Source: Terriglobia bacterium
GTDB taxonomy: Bacteria > Acidobacteriota > Terriglobia > 20CM-2-55-15
NCBI GenBank assembly: GCA_963664115.2
Contig: CAXWPJ010000002.1
Coordinates: forward strand, 960,001-1,024,000
Length of the DNA: 64,000 nucleotides
Direction of reading: 5' to 3'
Part shown: positions 1 to 10,368 of the stretch, piece after piece
Numbering within the stretch: position 1 is the first letter of the stretch
Layout of the letters: each line of letters begins with the position of its first letter
Notes under the pieces: generated by a model
What the model saw: the letters and a program-made list of their open reading frames with translations, nothing else
Database searches by the model: none
What the model was told of the DNA's origin: nothing
Made by a program: the position numbers and the translations under genes

Positions 1-1516
1 GACGCAACACATCCACCCCGCGGAACAAGACCGGCAACCACCGGTTCCAGGCCAGGATCCGGAACAGAATGCGCCGCCCGGTGCGCACGAGTTGGCACGG
101 CACAAGCATGAAAGCGTTCAAGAAGGTTTTGAACTCCATGCGCAGCACGGTTTGCTTCTCAGCCTGATATTTTTGGCCCCAACGTCCGGTTTCGGGAAGC
201 AGCAATGCAAACCACGCTTTCAGTGTCCAGGCCAGTGACGCGATCACCATGTAGGCCCAGTTGCTGGTCTGATCTCCGACCGGCATCCGCAACGCCTGAA
301 CGCCGTTCTTCAACTGCTCAATGAGATTCTCCTGATTGCACCGTTGATTGGCACGCATCACAATCTGGTCGGCCGGATCCGAACGGTTGGTAATGTAGAA
401 GAAGTACCGGATGTCGTCAAACAACACCTGCTCTCCTTTGGCCACCGACAGATTCTTCCGCACCACGACGACACGGTAGTCCCGATCGCAGGCTCCGGGT
501 CGATACCGAAACTCGGCCACATCCTCACCCTGCAAGCGGATATTGTCGAAACCGCGCTGCCGAACGATCTCTTCCTTCACGTTGTCGGGACGTTGGCGCG
601 GTTCGGTCGCCACGTCGTATTTCGCGGGCCGTTCCAGGCGCTTCCACTGGCGCGGCTCCAGTTCATCGGCCCGGGCCTTCAGGTTCGCCATCGCGTCAAT
701 CCCGAATATGAAACCCACCTGCTGGTCGTCCCATCCGTCCAGATGCCGGGTCTGGCTGAAGTCCGTGTCCCCGCGCAGCAGGATCTGGCGAAACCCCGCA
801 TGCCGGCACAATGCGATGGCTTGGTCGAACCGGACCGCGGCTCCTTCATGCGACGGCCGGTTGCCGCTACGATTGACCAGATACAGCGGTTCGGCGGTGT
901 TGGCCAGCGAGATCATCAGCGGGTGATATCCCCACGTCCCGTCGTAGGCCACGTCCATCCCTTGCTTGCATTCCCCCGTGGTTTCGGCCAGTGTCCCGTC
1001 CGCGTCCAACACCGCTTCTTCGAAAAACGCCGCCGGTTGCTGTCGCCAGACTCCGAGCCGGACTTGATTGGTTGCCTCCATCAGACACTCCACGTCGTCG
1101 GCCTCGAATCTCCGGCAGAAGTCTCCCGCCGTCGTCGGATCCGGAATCCGTTGCGCTCCCAGCGCATCCAGATACACCGCATCGTTGCGCCGCAGTTCGA
1201 TGTCTTCCAGGCACGTTCCTCCGCTCAAGGCGTTGTAGGCGATGTTCAGCACGTGATCCGACTCGTGATACGGCAGGTGCCGCTTCAACACATGCACGCC
1301 CTTGTCGATGGCTTCGATCAGCCCGGTCCGCCGCGCCACCAGTTGCATCGTCCCGATATCACCAACCGATGTGCCCCGCGTCCGCTCTCCCATCTCGTAC
1401 TGAATGTTGCTCGCCGAAAACATCGGCTCTACCTGATCCGTCCAATGCCGGTCCCCAAGCCGACGTTCGATTCGCCGCTTGCGGTTCCTCATGTTCTTGC
1501 GCGTATAATCGTTCAT
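1..1516 (-). CDS. IS1380-family DDE transposase (3' end outside window)
   Basis: Same frame as the 510-aa ORFs of copies 2 and 3; one visible substitution at 1359 (G53D). Confidence 0.9.
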   Translation of the reverse strand, partial: MNDYTRKNMRNRKRRIERRLGDRHWTDQVEPMFSASNIQYEMGERTRGTSVGDIGTMQLVARRTGLIEAIDKGVHVLKRHLPYHESDHVLNIAYNALSGGTCLEDIELRRNDAVYLDALGAQRIPDPTTAGDFCRRFEADDVECLMEATNQVRLGVWRQQPAAFFEEAVLDADGTLAETTGECKQGMDVAYDGTWGYHPLMISLANTAEPLYLVNRSGNRPSHEGAAVRFDQAIALCRHAGFRQILLRGDTDFSQTRHLDGWDDQQVGFIFGIDAMANLKARADELEPRQWKRLERPAKYDVATEPRQRPDNVKEEIVRQRGFDNIRLQGEDVAEFRYRPGACDRDYRVVVVRKNLSVAKGEQVLFDDIRYFFYITNRSDPADQIVMRANQRCNQENLIEQLKNGVQALRMPVGDQTSNWAYMVIASLAWTLKAWFALLLPETGRWGQKYQAEKQTVLRMEFKTFLNAFMLVPCQLVRTGRRILFRILAWNRWLPVLFRGVDVLR

Positions 1517-1637
1517 CTGAAATGCCTCCTTTTCCGAAGAATCTGTTCAAGGTTTTTTTCGCACGGAGAGGGGGCATTTCGGGTACTTCCGCTCTTATTG
1601 CACTATCATTTCCTCGTCAATCACGCTTGTTCAGGGT
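1..1637 (-). mobile_element. IS1380-family element A, copy 1 (cut by window start)
   Basis: Essentially identical to 51221-52857; left end CCCTGAACAAGCG on the - strand, next to CTAG at 1638-1641. Confidence 0.93.
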
Positions 1638-2138
1638 CTAGTTCGTTCTGTAATTCGTAAACTCGATGTTTATTCCAAAGTCATCTTCCTTGATCAGCGC
1701 GATAACCTCCTGGAGAGCATCGCGGCTCTTGCCACTGACGCGTATAAGATCCTCTTGAATGGACGCCTGTACCTTGATCTTGCTCTGCTTTATCTTCTTG
1801 ACGATCTCGCGGCACTTCTCGATAGGAATCCCGTTCTGTATCGCGATCTCCTGGCGAACTGTCGATCCGGCAGCCGGCTGAACTTCACGTGGAGTGAGCC
1901 CCTTCAAGGGAACTTTTCGCCGGACCAGTTTCTGTTCGAGCACGTCGTAGACTGCTTTCAGCTTGTAGTCATCAACACTGACTAAAACGAGTTTGTGCTC
2001 CTTCTGGTCCAACTCGATGGTCGAGCCGGACCCTTTCAGGTCAAAGCGGTTGGCCACTTCTTTTCTCGCTTGTCCGACGGCGTTGAGCACTTCTTCAAGA
2101 TCGACTTTGGAAACGATGTCAAAGGTATTGCTAGCCAT
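1638..2138 (-). CDS. yajQ: YajQ family nucleotide/c-di-GMP-binding protein
   Basis: N-terminal FDIVSKVD, NRFDLKG, RVSGKSRDALQ, C-terminal FTNYR. Confidence 0.93.
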   Translation of the reverse strand: MASNTFDIVSKVDLEEVLNAVGQARKEVANRFDLKGSGSTIELDQKEHKLVLVSVDDYKLKAVYDVLEQKLVRRKVPLKGLTPREVQPAAGSTVRQEIAIQNGIPIEKCREIVKKIKQSKIKVQASIQEDLIRVSGKSRDALQEVIALIKEDDFGINIEFTNYRTN

Positions 2139-2219
2139 GGTGGAGTCTTTACTTTTGGATGTGAATCCGGAATATAGAAAAGAGGCCTTGGGAGGCCCCT
2201 CTGTAAGTGGGTTTCAGGA

Positions 2220-2660
2220 TCAGAATGGAATGTCGTCGTCGGTGATCGCAACAGCTTCCGCGGCCGGTTTTTCAGCTTCCGCGGCCGGTTTTTCAGCTTC
2301 GCGGCGGGCGCCGTCCCCACCGCCCGGGGACCCCAGCAAAACCATGTCCCGGGCTCGGATATCGAAGGATGTGCGTTTGTTGCCTTCCTTATCTTCCCAC
2401 TGGCGTGAAGAAATGCTCCCTTCGATGTATACCATCCGTCCCTTCGCCAGATATTGCCCGCAAATCTCAGCCAACCGTTCCCAGGCGACGATGTTGTGCC
2501 ACTCCGTGCGCTCCTGACGTTCTCCCGAATTGCGGTCGGTCCAGGAGTCGTCCGTCGCCATGGAGAAGCGGCAATAAGCGGTACCGCTCGCGGTGTACTT
2601 CAGTTCAGGGTCGCGACCCAGACGTCCGATCAAGGTCACTTTGTTTACAGATTTAGCCAT
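2220..2660 (-). CDS. ssb: Single-stranded DNA-binding protein
   Basis: SVNKVTLIGRLGRDPE, TEWHNIV, acidic tip DDDIPF. Confidence 0.97.
   Translation of the reverse strand: MAKSVNKVTLIGRLGRDPELKYTASGTAYCRFSMATDDSWTDRNSGERQERTEWHNIVAWERLAEICGQYLAKGRMVYIEGSISSRQWEDKEGNKRTSFDIRARDMVLLGSPGGGDGARREAEKPAAEAEKPAAEAVAITDDDIPF
2252..2300. repeat. 21-bp tandem duplication in the ssb linker
   Basis: CAGCTTCCGCGGCCGGTTTTT twice plus a partial third copy, encoding (EAEKPAA)x2. Confidence 0.9.
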
Positions 2661-2696
2661 AGCTACTCCTCGTCTCGCCCGAACCGTAGCATGTTG

Positions 2697-3482
2697 TTAT
2701 TGACCGGCAAGCGAGTCGATCTCCTGCGCGGCACTGACCGCTTCGCTGCTGTCGGGATAGTCTGAAACTACCTGACGGAGAAACGTCAACGCATCCTGAG
2801 TCTGGTTCATCGCGGAGAGGGCAAGACCTTTCTTGAACAGGGCAGTAACAGTTTTATCGCTCTCCGGGTACTTCTGCAAGAGAAAATCATATTCAATAAT
2901 GGCCTGCTCGAAAGCTTCCTGATTGAAGTAAGCATCTCCAATATAGAGCTGGGCCTCTGAGGCACGTGGACTTGTGGAAAAAGTGTCTATAAACTCTCTG
3001 AACCCCTCGATCGCCAGCTCGTAGTTACCGGCCAGCAGGTCCGCAAAGGCCAGCCGCATCAATCCTTCTGGAGATTCCAGCTCTGTAGTTGTGGTGTTTA
3101 ATGTGGTCAGTTGCTGGGAAACAGAGTTCATTTCCCCGCGAATGTCCGCGAGGGTTCGATCCATGATCTCGACATCATCACCAAGATTGGAGACCAGTAA
3201 CCGCATCTCACCGCTCAATCGATCGGTACCGGCCCTCATGTCGTCGATAGAGTCCGATATGCGCTCTACCGCGTCAGCAAGCGGAACGACGCGATCGAAG
3301 AGCTGCTCGACAAGTCCCTGCAGTGTGGTGTTGCGATCGTCCAGGCTGTTTTGAATTTCTGCAACCTGCTGTGTCAAGCGGATGATGTCAGCCTGCAACT
3401 GGATAATTTCCTGTCGCTGACCGTAGGACACGCCGGATGACAACAACGCAAAAACAGCGACGAAAAGCAGCTTCCTCATCAT
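2697..3482 (-). CDS. cpoB: Tol-Pal associated coiled-coil/TPR protein CpoB (YbgF)
   Basis: Signal peptide, coiled coil, C-terminal TPRs (AQLYIGDAYF, KYPESDK, YPDSSEA); directly after pal; GGAG upstream of ATG 3482. Confidence 0.85.
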   Translation of the reverse strand: MMRKLLFVAVFALLSSGVSYGQRQEIIQLQADIIRLTQQVAEIQNSLDDRNTTLQGLVEQLFDRVVPLADAVERISDSIDDMRAGTDRLSGEMRLLVSNLGDDVEIMDRTLADIRGEMNSVSQQLTTLNTTTTELESPEGLMRLAFADLLAGNYELAIEGFREFIDTFSTSPRASEAQLYIGDAYFNQEAFEQAIIEYDFLLQKYPESDKTVTALFKKGLALSAMNQTQDALTFLRQVVSDYPDSSEAVSAAQEIDSLAGQ

Positions 3483-3554
3483 ATGCTCCTCGAAGGAACG
3501 GAACCGGCACGGAGCCGGTCCCATACAAAGGTCGGAATTTGAACAGCGGGCGTG

Positions 3555-4391
3555 CTAACGCAGGACGAATTCAACGCGGCGATTCCGCTGGTAGCAGCCT
3601 TCGGTCGCATCCGTGCATGTCGGACGGTCCTCTCCGAAGCTCACCGTATTGATTCTTCCCTGAGCAATACCCTGCTCAATCAAATATTGCCGAACGGCAT
3701 TCGCACGACGGTCACCCAGCCCAATGTTGTATTCCTGACTACCCCGGTCATCGGCATGGCCACTGGCCGTGAACTGAACGCCTCCATTTTGCGCAAGGAA
3801 GCGGACGTTGCTCTGCAGTTGACTCACTTGATCGGGACGAAGTTCCGCCTGGTCATAGTCGAAATAGATGGGCTGAACGGTCGTGTTGAAAAGCTCCTCA
3901 ACCGTCGGTTCCGGACTATCCGGAACGGGTGGAGCGGCGGGTGGCGGCGCGGCGTTGACGGTGACACGGACAGTATCGGTCGACGTGCCTCCCGGGCCCA
4001 TCGCCGTTGCTGTGTAGGTCACCGAAGAATTCGGGCTGATGGAACGCGTACCCGACGCTGGAACCCCACCGATCCCAGGTTCGATTCGTACGGTGTTCGA
4101 ATTACGCGCTGACCACTCCAAAGTGGTCGACTCACCCTGTTCAATCGATGCGGGTGCAGCGCTGAGGGTCACCGCCGGAGCCGGAGGAGGCGGTGGCGGA
4201 GCAGCCTCTTCAGCTGGAGGTGGTGGCGGCGCAGTGGCGGCTCTCCCGCAGGAGAACGAAAACAAACCCACCAATACGAGGAGGACGGCATACTTCGAAG
4301 GTAAACCGCACCGCCCGCTCTTACCGCTTTGGGCGGCCCCACCGACTCGGAAGTCGGATCTACCAATTCCGGATGGCTTTCCAAGTTTCAT
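3555..4391 (-). CDS. pal: Peptidoglycan-associated lipoprotein Pal with an extra Pro-linked beta domain
   Basis: Lipobox-like FSFSC; OmpA-C motifs IYFDYD, GHADDRGSQEYNIGLGDRRA, NRRVEF. Confidence 0.9.
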   Translation of the reverse strand: MKLGKPSGIGRSDFRVGGAAQSGKSGRCGLPSKYAVLLVLVGLFSFSCGRAATAPPPPPAEEAAPPPPPPAPAVTLSAAPASIEQGESTTLEWSARNSNTVRIEPGIGGVPASGTRSISPNSSVTYTATAMGPGGTSTDTVRVTVNAAPPPAAPPVPDSPEPTVEELFNTTVQPIYFDYDQAELRPDQVSQLQSNVRFLAQNGGVQFTASGHADDRGSQEYNIGLGDRRANAVRQYLIEQGIAQGRINTVSFGEDRPTCTDATEGCYQRNRRVEFVLR

Positions 4392-4445
4392 TGGTACAAG
4401 TCTCCTTGTGATCTCACTTGTGATCTCGTTTGAGAAAATCGACGC

Positions 4446-5825
4446 TCATTGTCCCATGTAACCAGACCATGAGGGATTTACATTGTTTCCCTGGCTTGTC
4501 AATCGTCTCACTTTTGTTCCGTCAGCCAACATCGAATATATCTGCCGGGAACCGCCGCGGCTGGATTCAAACACCAGATGTCGGCCATCGGGCGACCAAC
4601 TCGGACTCTCATTGTTGCCCACACCGCGGGTTAACTGCACGGCTCGATCAGTTACAAGGTCATAAATATATATGTCAAAAGGCGCCCCCCTGCGCTGCCA
4701 GTGGAACGCGATCGTCAGACCGTCGGGCGACCATGCCGGCCCTCCGGCGTTGCCCCCACCCTCGACAATCCGCCTTACGTTACCACCTTCCGCGTCCATA
4801 ATGTAGAGTTGCGGAGGGCCATTTCGGTCCGATACGAACGCGATCTCCCTGCCAGTGCTCGGATTCCATACCGGAGAAATATCAACGCCTCTCGAATTTG
4901 TCAATCGGCGCCGGTTTTCTCCGCGCACGTCAGACACATATAGTTCCATATCAGGCACGCCACGGACTTCGCCCATACTCGAGGAAAACGCTATGCGATT
5001 GCCGTCGGGTGACCATGCGGGTGTGGTCGTCGTTCCCGATACCGTAGAAAATTGAAATCCACGGCGATCGACGGGCGATATGACCGCGATGTCTGCTTTG
5101 TCGCGGGCATAACTGGTATAGCCTATCATCGTGCCATCGGGAGACCAGCTCGGCGTGACAGCCAGCGACCGCAGGGTCGTCAACTGGTAATCGTTGGCCC
5201 CGTCATAGTCCATCACAAAGATTTCCCGGACCACTTCGCCGTCCCCACCGACCCGGTCCGACTCGAAGGCAATCTTCGTCTGCGCCACACCCCGAATGCC
5301 ACCACCCAGGGTCTGGATGATCAAGTCGGCGAATTGATGGGCAATCAAGCGGACAGACCGCTCGTTCAATTCACCGCGATAGCGCCGGCCCTCCAACTCG
5401 CGATCTTCCACGCGGGTTCGCAAATCCCAGAGCCGCGCTTCGAGGACGAACTGGTTCTGGCTGATCGAGGTATTCCCAAACGCCATGAATTGAGCATCGA
5501 CGGCGTTCGAAGTCCACTCGTCGGGATTGATGTCGCCCGGATTTCCGAAAGTTCCGAGCGGATAGAAGTTGGGGCTGATGAGTGAAATGACGCCTGAGAA
5601 ATCGATATCGTTCCAGAGCGTCTCATTGAATGCCGCCGCCAAAGCGGCATTGGCCAGAGCCTCAGGGGACTCCGTATCGGTGGACGTGGATGGGAATTCG
5701 GGCAGCGCCAAGCGGATGGAGGTCGCACCCGTGCGCGTGCCGGTTTCGATTCGCGCTTGCTGGGAAAGCAGTGTTCCCAGCGCCAGGAAAAAAAATAAGG
5801 GGAAAACCCACGCAGTCTTAATCAT
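4446..5825 (-). CDS. tolB: TolB beta-propeller
   Basis: Signal peptide, AHQFAD motif, repeated P.WSPDG (PD40) units; position in operon. Confidence 0.93.
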   Translation of the reverse strand: MIKTAWVFPLFFFLALGTLLSQQARIETGTRTGATSIRLALPEFPSTSTDTESPEALANAALAAAFNETLWNDIDFSGVISLISPNFYPLGTFGNPGDINPDEWTSNAVDAQFMAFGNTSISQNQFVLEARLWDLRTRVEDRELEGRRYRGELNERSVRLIAHQFADLIIQTLGGGIRGVAQTKIAFESDRVGGDGEVVREIFVMDYDGANDYQLTTLRSLAVTPSWSPDGTMIGYTSYARDKADIAVISPVDRRGFQFSTVSGTTTTPAWSPDGNRIAFSSSMGEVRGVPDMELYVSDVRGENRRRLTNSRGVDISPVWNPSTGREIAFVSDRNGPPQLYIMDAEGGNVRRIVEGGGNAGGPAWSPDGLTIAFHWQRRGAPFDIYIYDLVTDRAVQLTRGVGNNESPSWSPDGRHLVFESSRGGSRQIYSMLADGTKVRRLTSQGNNVNPSWSGYMGQ

Positions 5826-6622
5826 CGCCTGTACTCAAACCAGAACCTCACGTTGACGCTCCGGCCTCTGAAGTCTCCTGGCAAAGGTGCCAGGGGATTG
5901 GATGCGAAGATGGCCCGCATCGCCGACCGGTCGAGGGACGGGATCCCGCTGCTCTCTTCGATCTGTTCGTTTATGATCGTTCCGTCACGCAGGATGTCGA
6001 AGCTCACGTAAATTCGCGGCGCCTGGCGCACGTTGCCTGCAATCATGGATTGCAGCCAGTTTTCGGAAACCCTTCGGGTTATCGATTCTACGTAGCGACC
6101 ATAGCGTTCGCCAAACGCGCCATCACCCACCGCAATCGCGCCGGTGCCGTCACCCGCGGCGAACTCGCCGTAGTTAATAGCCGGAAGTCCTCCCTCGCCA
6201 AAAGGCACCGCATTGTCCGGCGTGGAAGGCGGATCGGGCTCGTCGGGCGGCGCAGGCCTCGCAGGGGGCGGGGTCGTTTCCACAGGAGCGAGGGTCTCGG
6301 GCACGGGTTCAGCTTCGGGAGCGGGCACCTCGGTCGCTACCGTCTCTTCGGGAGCGGGGGCGGGCTCGGACTCAAAAAAACCAGCCGACTCGTTGGCGGC
6401 AGCGGTCTCATTCACCACCGCCGGCGCGGGAAGTGGAATTCCTGAGATGTTGGAAACGATCTCCACACTCACACCTTCTCCGCCACCGTCTTCCGATCCC
6501 CAGCCCGCAATTCCGTAAGCAGGGAATACTCCCGGCAATACGAACATGACGATCGCCAACAGAGCGTGCAATCCGGTTGACATGAGCAATCCGCCACCAA
6601 ATTGTTCTGGACTTTTCTTCAT
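5822..6622 (-). CDS. TolA/TonB-like energy transducer
   Basis: N-terminal TM with S..LH, Pro/acidic linker, TonB-C domain (SSGIPSLDRSAMRAI); between tolR and tolB. Confidence 0.85.
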   Translation of the reverse strand: MKKSPEQFGGGLLMSTGLHALLAIVMFVLPGVFPAYGIAGWGSEDGGGEGVSVEIVSNISGIPLPAPAVVNETAAANESAGFFESEPAPAPEETVATEVPAPEAEPVPETLAPVETTPPPARPAPPDEPDPPSTPDNAVPFGEGGLPAINYGEFAAGDGTGAIAVGDGAFGERYGRYVESITRRVSENWLQSMIAGNVRQAPRIYVSFDILRDGTIINEQIEESSGIPSLDRSAMRAIFASNPLAPLPGDFRGRSVNVRFWFEYRR

Positions 6623-7041
6623 TGTCCGGGTGCATCCAGCGGCTGAGTGACGACGCTGATGTTTTCTATTCCCGCCTGATTCAACCGTTCCATCACGACA
6701 GCAATCGTTCCCCAGGGCACGGATGTATCGGCTCTCAAATAAATGCTTCTGCGGGCGGGGTCAAGAAGACGCGCCTGAATCGCCGGCACCAGCTCGTTGA
6801 TGTTAATCGAATCGCTCTGGAGATACAGTCCCTGTTCGCGATCGATCGAGACAACGAGCCGTTCTTCGGCCAGTTCCTGCACAATTTCGGTCCGCGGAAC
6901 ATTCACTTCGATACCGGACTGGATCACCGGAGCGGTGACCATAAATATGATCATTAATACCAACATTATATCGATAAACGGGATCATGTTGATCTCCGAA
7001 AGTTCGGTTTGTGTCCTGCCGTTACCTGTTGTGAACGCCAT
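6619..7041 (-). CDS. tolR: TolR/ExbD
   Basis: SEINMIPFIDIMLVLMIIFMVTAP, LRAD motif. Confidence 0.9.
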   Translation of the reverse strand: MAFTTGNGRTQTELSEINMIPFIDIMLVLMIIFMVTAPVIQSGIEVNVPRTEIVQELAEERLVVSIDREQGLYLQSDSININELVPAIQARLLDPARRSIYLRADTSVPWGTIAVVMERLNQAGIENISVVTQPLDAPGQ

Positions 7042-7077
7042 CAGCTTACGCTCCCATCACCGATTTGATCGCCGAAA

Positions 7078-7791
7078 CTACGCATCGAGGCCGTTTCTTT
7101 CGGCGATGGCCAACAATTCGGCCTGCAAGTCATCCATCTGGCCCCCCAGGCGCCTGATTTCTGCCACAAACAAATTGTAGGCTACAACCGCCGGTATTGC
7201 TGCAAAAAGGCCGGCTGCGGTCGCGATGAGAGCTTCGGCAATCCCGGGGCCCACCGCGTTCAGCGTCGTCACAGTGTTGTTCCCAAGGCCAGCAAAGGAC
7301 CCCATGACACCCCAAACAGTCCCGAATAGTCCGATGAAGGGTGTCACTGCCGCCGTCGTCGCCAGTAGAATCATCCGGGATTCCAACAGAGACATCTGCG
7401 CCGCCGCCGCACGGTGAAGCACGCGTTCGACCATCGTGATCGTTGCCACTTGTGTCTGCACCGTGTGGCCCGCAGCCGCAGCGGCAGGGTCGATCATCTC
7501 GTACCCCGCTTCAAAAACGGGCATGAGCGGCGTAAACCGCAGCGTTTCGCGTGCGCCACGAATCTCGGGCAAACTCTGTGCTTTCTCGAAGACCTGCCAA
7601 AAGGCTTCCGATTCCTGACGGATTTTTCTGAACAGGAGAAGTTTGGAGAGAATCACAGCCCAGGAGCCGATCGAGAACATCAATAAGATCAACAGGACGA
7701 TGCGTGAAATGAGCCCGGTGGTCCCGAGCAACGCCATAATGTCGGCCCCGCCCTGAAGAATCCACACAGCGGGAAATGCTGGATCGACCAA
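7078..7791 (-). CDS. tolQ: TolQ/ExbB proton channel (start uncertain)
   Basis: TPFIGLFGTVWG, PGIAEALIATAAGLFAAIPAV. Confidence 0.92.
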   Translation of the reverse strand: MVDPAFPAVWILQGGADIMALLGTTGLISRIVLLILLMFSIGSWAVILSKLLLFRKIRQESEAFWQVFEKAQSLPEIRGARETLRFTPLMPVFEAGYEMIDPAAAAAGHTVQTQVATITMVERVLHRAAAAQMSLLESRMILLATTAAVTPFIGLFGTVWGVMGSFAGLGNNTVTTLNAVGPGIAEALIATAAGLFAAIPAVVAYNLFVAEIRRLGGQMDDLQAELLAIAERNGLDA

Positions 7792-8045
7792 GTTAGTCCC
7801 TCCTCACCAAGCGGGATGGCTCTCCGGCTTGCTCCACAAAAATAACAGACGCGCCCTCACCAATAAAGAAACCAACTTCCGCTCGAGTGTCCTGCCTAAT
7901 GTGTGGAAAACGAACATGGAGCGGCAGTCCCTGGTCAATCCACACGCTGCTTCGATGCCCCCGAGCTCTAAAGTCTGAACCGGGCGCGTAAGACCCCACC
8001 ATTGGCCATTGAATCCTATGGGTCATTGGCATATAACCGAGCCCT

Positions 8046-9683
8046 ATGCTTCGCTTGCTTCGCGTCCGGCATTTCGCTCTGATCGACGAACTCGAAATCG
8101 AGTTTGAGAGCGGATTTAATCTTCTTTCCGGCGAAACCGGTGCAGGTAAATCGTTGATCGTTGATGCACTAGCCCTGATCGCGGGTGCCAAAGCGTCGGC
8201 CGACACCATCCGAAGCGGCGAAAGCCGCGCCATCGTCGAAGCCGTTTTCCAACCATCGGGTACTTTGGACCTCGCTCGAATCGGTATCGACCCGGAAGAC
8301 GAACTGGTTCTCCGGCGCGAGATCTCGGCCGACAACCGGAATCGCGTGTTCATTAATAGCCAACCCAGCACTGTGACGGCCTTGCGCACGATTGCCCCGT
8401 ACCTGGTCGATATTCACGGCCAACACGAGCAACAGACGCTGCTCGACACCTCCAAACAACTCGCAATAATCGACCACGCTGCAAAGGCGGAATCGCTCCG
8501 GGAGCGGGTTCACACACTCTATGACGCGATCCGGTCGCTGGAGGACGAACAGGCCGTCCTCGAACAGGATGAATCGGAACTCCTGCAGCGTGCGGATCTA
8601 TTGCGCTTCCAACGTGAGGAAATCGACCGGGTACAGCCCACGAAGGGAGAATCCGACCGCTTGGGAGAAAAGGTCCGGATTCTCGCACATTCAGGAAAGC
8701 TGCTTGAGGCCGCTTCGGGAGGGTACGAGGCACTTTACGAAGCAGACGCCTCGATCCTGGCTCAGTTCGCCTCGGTCGAACGGAGTATCCGCGACGCTGG
8801 AACCGACGACAAGCGCCTGGCGGATATCGCGGAACAGGCCACGACGGTACGGACTCTTGTCGAAGATCTTGCGTATACCCTCCGAGATTATCTGAACAAA
8901 CTCGAGGTCGACCCTGGGGAACTGGAGCAACTCCAGGCCCGCCTGGCAGAACTGGAGCGGCTACACCGGAAGTACGGACCTGAGCTGCTCACACACTTGG
9001 AAACGGTAAGCCAGGAACTGGACAATATAGGTCTTCGGGATAGCAAACGGATTGAAATTAAAGAACAACTGGAGAAACTGAGAACCCAATACCAGAAAGC
9101 GGCCGAGGAGCTCAGCCAACGCCGGCGGACCACCTCCGCCGGTTTCGCAAAATCTGTCACTTCTGAAATCCAATCGCTGGCCATGCCCGATGCCGAGTTC
9201 AGAATCGATTGGGCCACCCTCGACCCGGGACGGGCCACGGGCATTGACGCGCCTGCGCTGCTTCTGAAACCAAACGCGGGAGAACCCGCCGGACTCCTGG
9301 CTGAGATCGCCTCTGGAGGGGAGCTTTCGCGCGCCATGCTCGCGCTGAGGACTGTGTTGGTGGGCGAGGACACGGACCGCACGCTCGTGTTCGATGAGAT
9401 TGACGCGGGGATCGGAGGTGAAGCAGCCGAAACAGTCGGTCGAAAGCTGAAACTGCTTTCTGGCACCTATCAGGTGCTCTGCGTCACACACCTGGCCCAG
9501 ATCGCCCGCTTCGCTGATCAACATGCCCGAATCGAAAAACTCGTAGTGGATGGGCGCACAGTGACACGCGTGGAAGCGATCGGCGGCGACGGGCGTATTG
9601 AGGAGTTGGCCCGGATGATGAGCGGTCCGAATGTCAGCGACGCCGCCCGACGGCATGTCCGTGAATTGTTAAAAAGGCAATGA
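8046..9683 (+). CDS. recN: DNA repair protein RecN
   Basis: Walker A GETGAGKS, IHGQHEQ, ASGGELSR, FDEIDAGIGG, VTHLAQIA. Confidence 0.97.
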   Translation: MLRLLRVRHFALIDELEIEFESGFNLLSGETGAGKSLIVDALALIAGAKASADTIRSGESRAIVEAVFQPSGTLDLARIGIDPEDELVLRREISADNRNRVFINSQPSTVTALRTIAPYLVDIHGQHEQQTLLDTSKQLAIIDHAAKAESLRERVHTLYDAIRSLEDEQAVLEQDESELLQRADLLRFQREEIDRVQPTKGESDRLGEKVRILAHSGKLLEAASGGYEALYEADASILAQFASVERSIRDAGTDDKRLADIAEQATTVRTLVEDLAYTLRDYLNKLEVDPGELEQLQARLAELERLHRKYGPELLTHLETVSQELDNIGLRDSKRIEIKEQLEKLRTQYQKAAEELSQRRRTTSAGFAKSVTSEIQSLAMPDAEFRIDWATLDPGRATGIDAPALLLKPNAGEPAGLLAEIASGGELSRAMLALRTVLVGEDTDRTLVFDEIDAGIGGEAAETVGRKLKLLSGTYQVLCVTHLAQIARFADQHARIEKLVVDGRTVTRVEAIGGDGRIEELARMMSGPNVSDAARRHVRELLKRQ

Positions 9684-9836
9684 TTTGCAATTTCGGTGAC
9701 TAAGGATATACATTGCGAAGAAGCGCAATTGCCCGGTACCGGTCCGGCCACTCGTTTTGCCGAACCGCGGGTGCGCCCGCAGGCCGAAACTGTCAGGTAA
9801 AACTGGACCTGGACCCGTTGCCCCCAGAGGTTGATC

Positions 9837-10322
9837 TTGGAAATCGAAATGAAAATAAGGGGTCTGATGATGGATCCCATCACCAATATGCCTATCGTGA
9901 TCCTCAAGGAGGCGACGGGCAACGCCATACTCCCCATTTGGGTCGGCGTTTCCGAGGCCAACGCGATTGCTCTGGAAATAGAAAAAGTAGTCACGCCGCG
10001 CCCGATGACGCACGACCTTCTGAAGAACGTGCTGATCGGCCTGGACAGCCACGTCCAGAAGGTTGTCGTAACAACGATCCAGGACGACACCTTCTACGCG
10101 GTGATATGGATCGACAGTGACGGCCGGCTTATCTCTATCGATTCCCGCCCAAGCGATGCGCTGGCGCTGGCTCTTCGAATCGATTGCCCGATTCTGGTGG
10201 AAGACGAGGTATTGCAGAGCTCCAAGGGTCAGGCGAGCAACCTCGAGCGTAACATTACCAACGAAGACCTGAAACGTTGGCTCGACCAGAACGACGAGGA
10301 CCTGGGCAAGTACAAAATGTAG
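9837..10322 (+). CDS. Bifunctional nuclease family (DUF151)
   Basis: LPIWVG..EA.AI, RPMTHDL, DSRPSDALALA; start codon approximate. Confidence 0.92.
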   Translation: MEIEMKIRGLMMDPITNMPIVILKEATGNAILPIWVGVSEANAIALEIEKVVTPRPMTHDLLKNVLIGLDSHVQKVVVTTIQDDTFYAVIWIDSDGRLISIDSRPSDALALALRIDCPILVEDEVLQSSKGQASNLERNITNEDLKRWLDQNDEDLGKYKM

Positions 10323-10368
10323 CCGGGCTCCGATCTCAGCTCTCGATCTGAGCTATCGACCACAGGCC

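Noticed and set aside
344-1660. Long ORFs antisense to the IS1380-A transposase (also 20915-22384 and the first 450 codons of 51564-53810)
   Set aside because: Shadow frames of a GC-rich transposase; the 748-aa ORF is this shadow running in frame into the real epimerase gene at 52914
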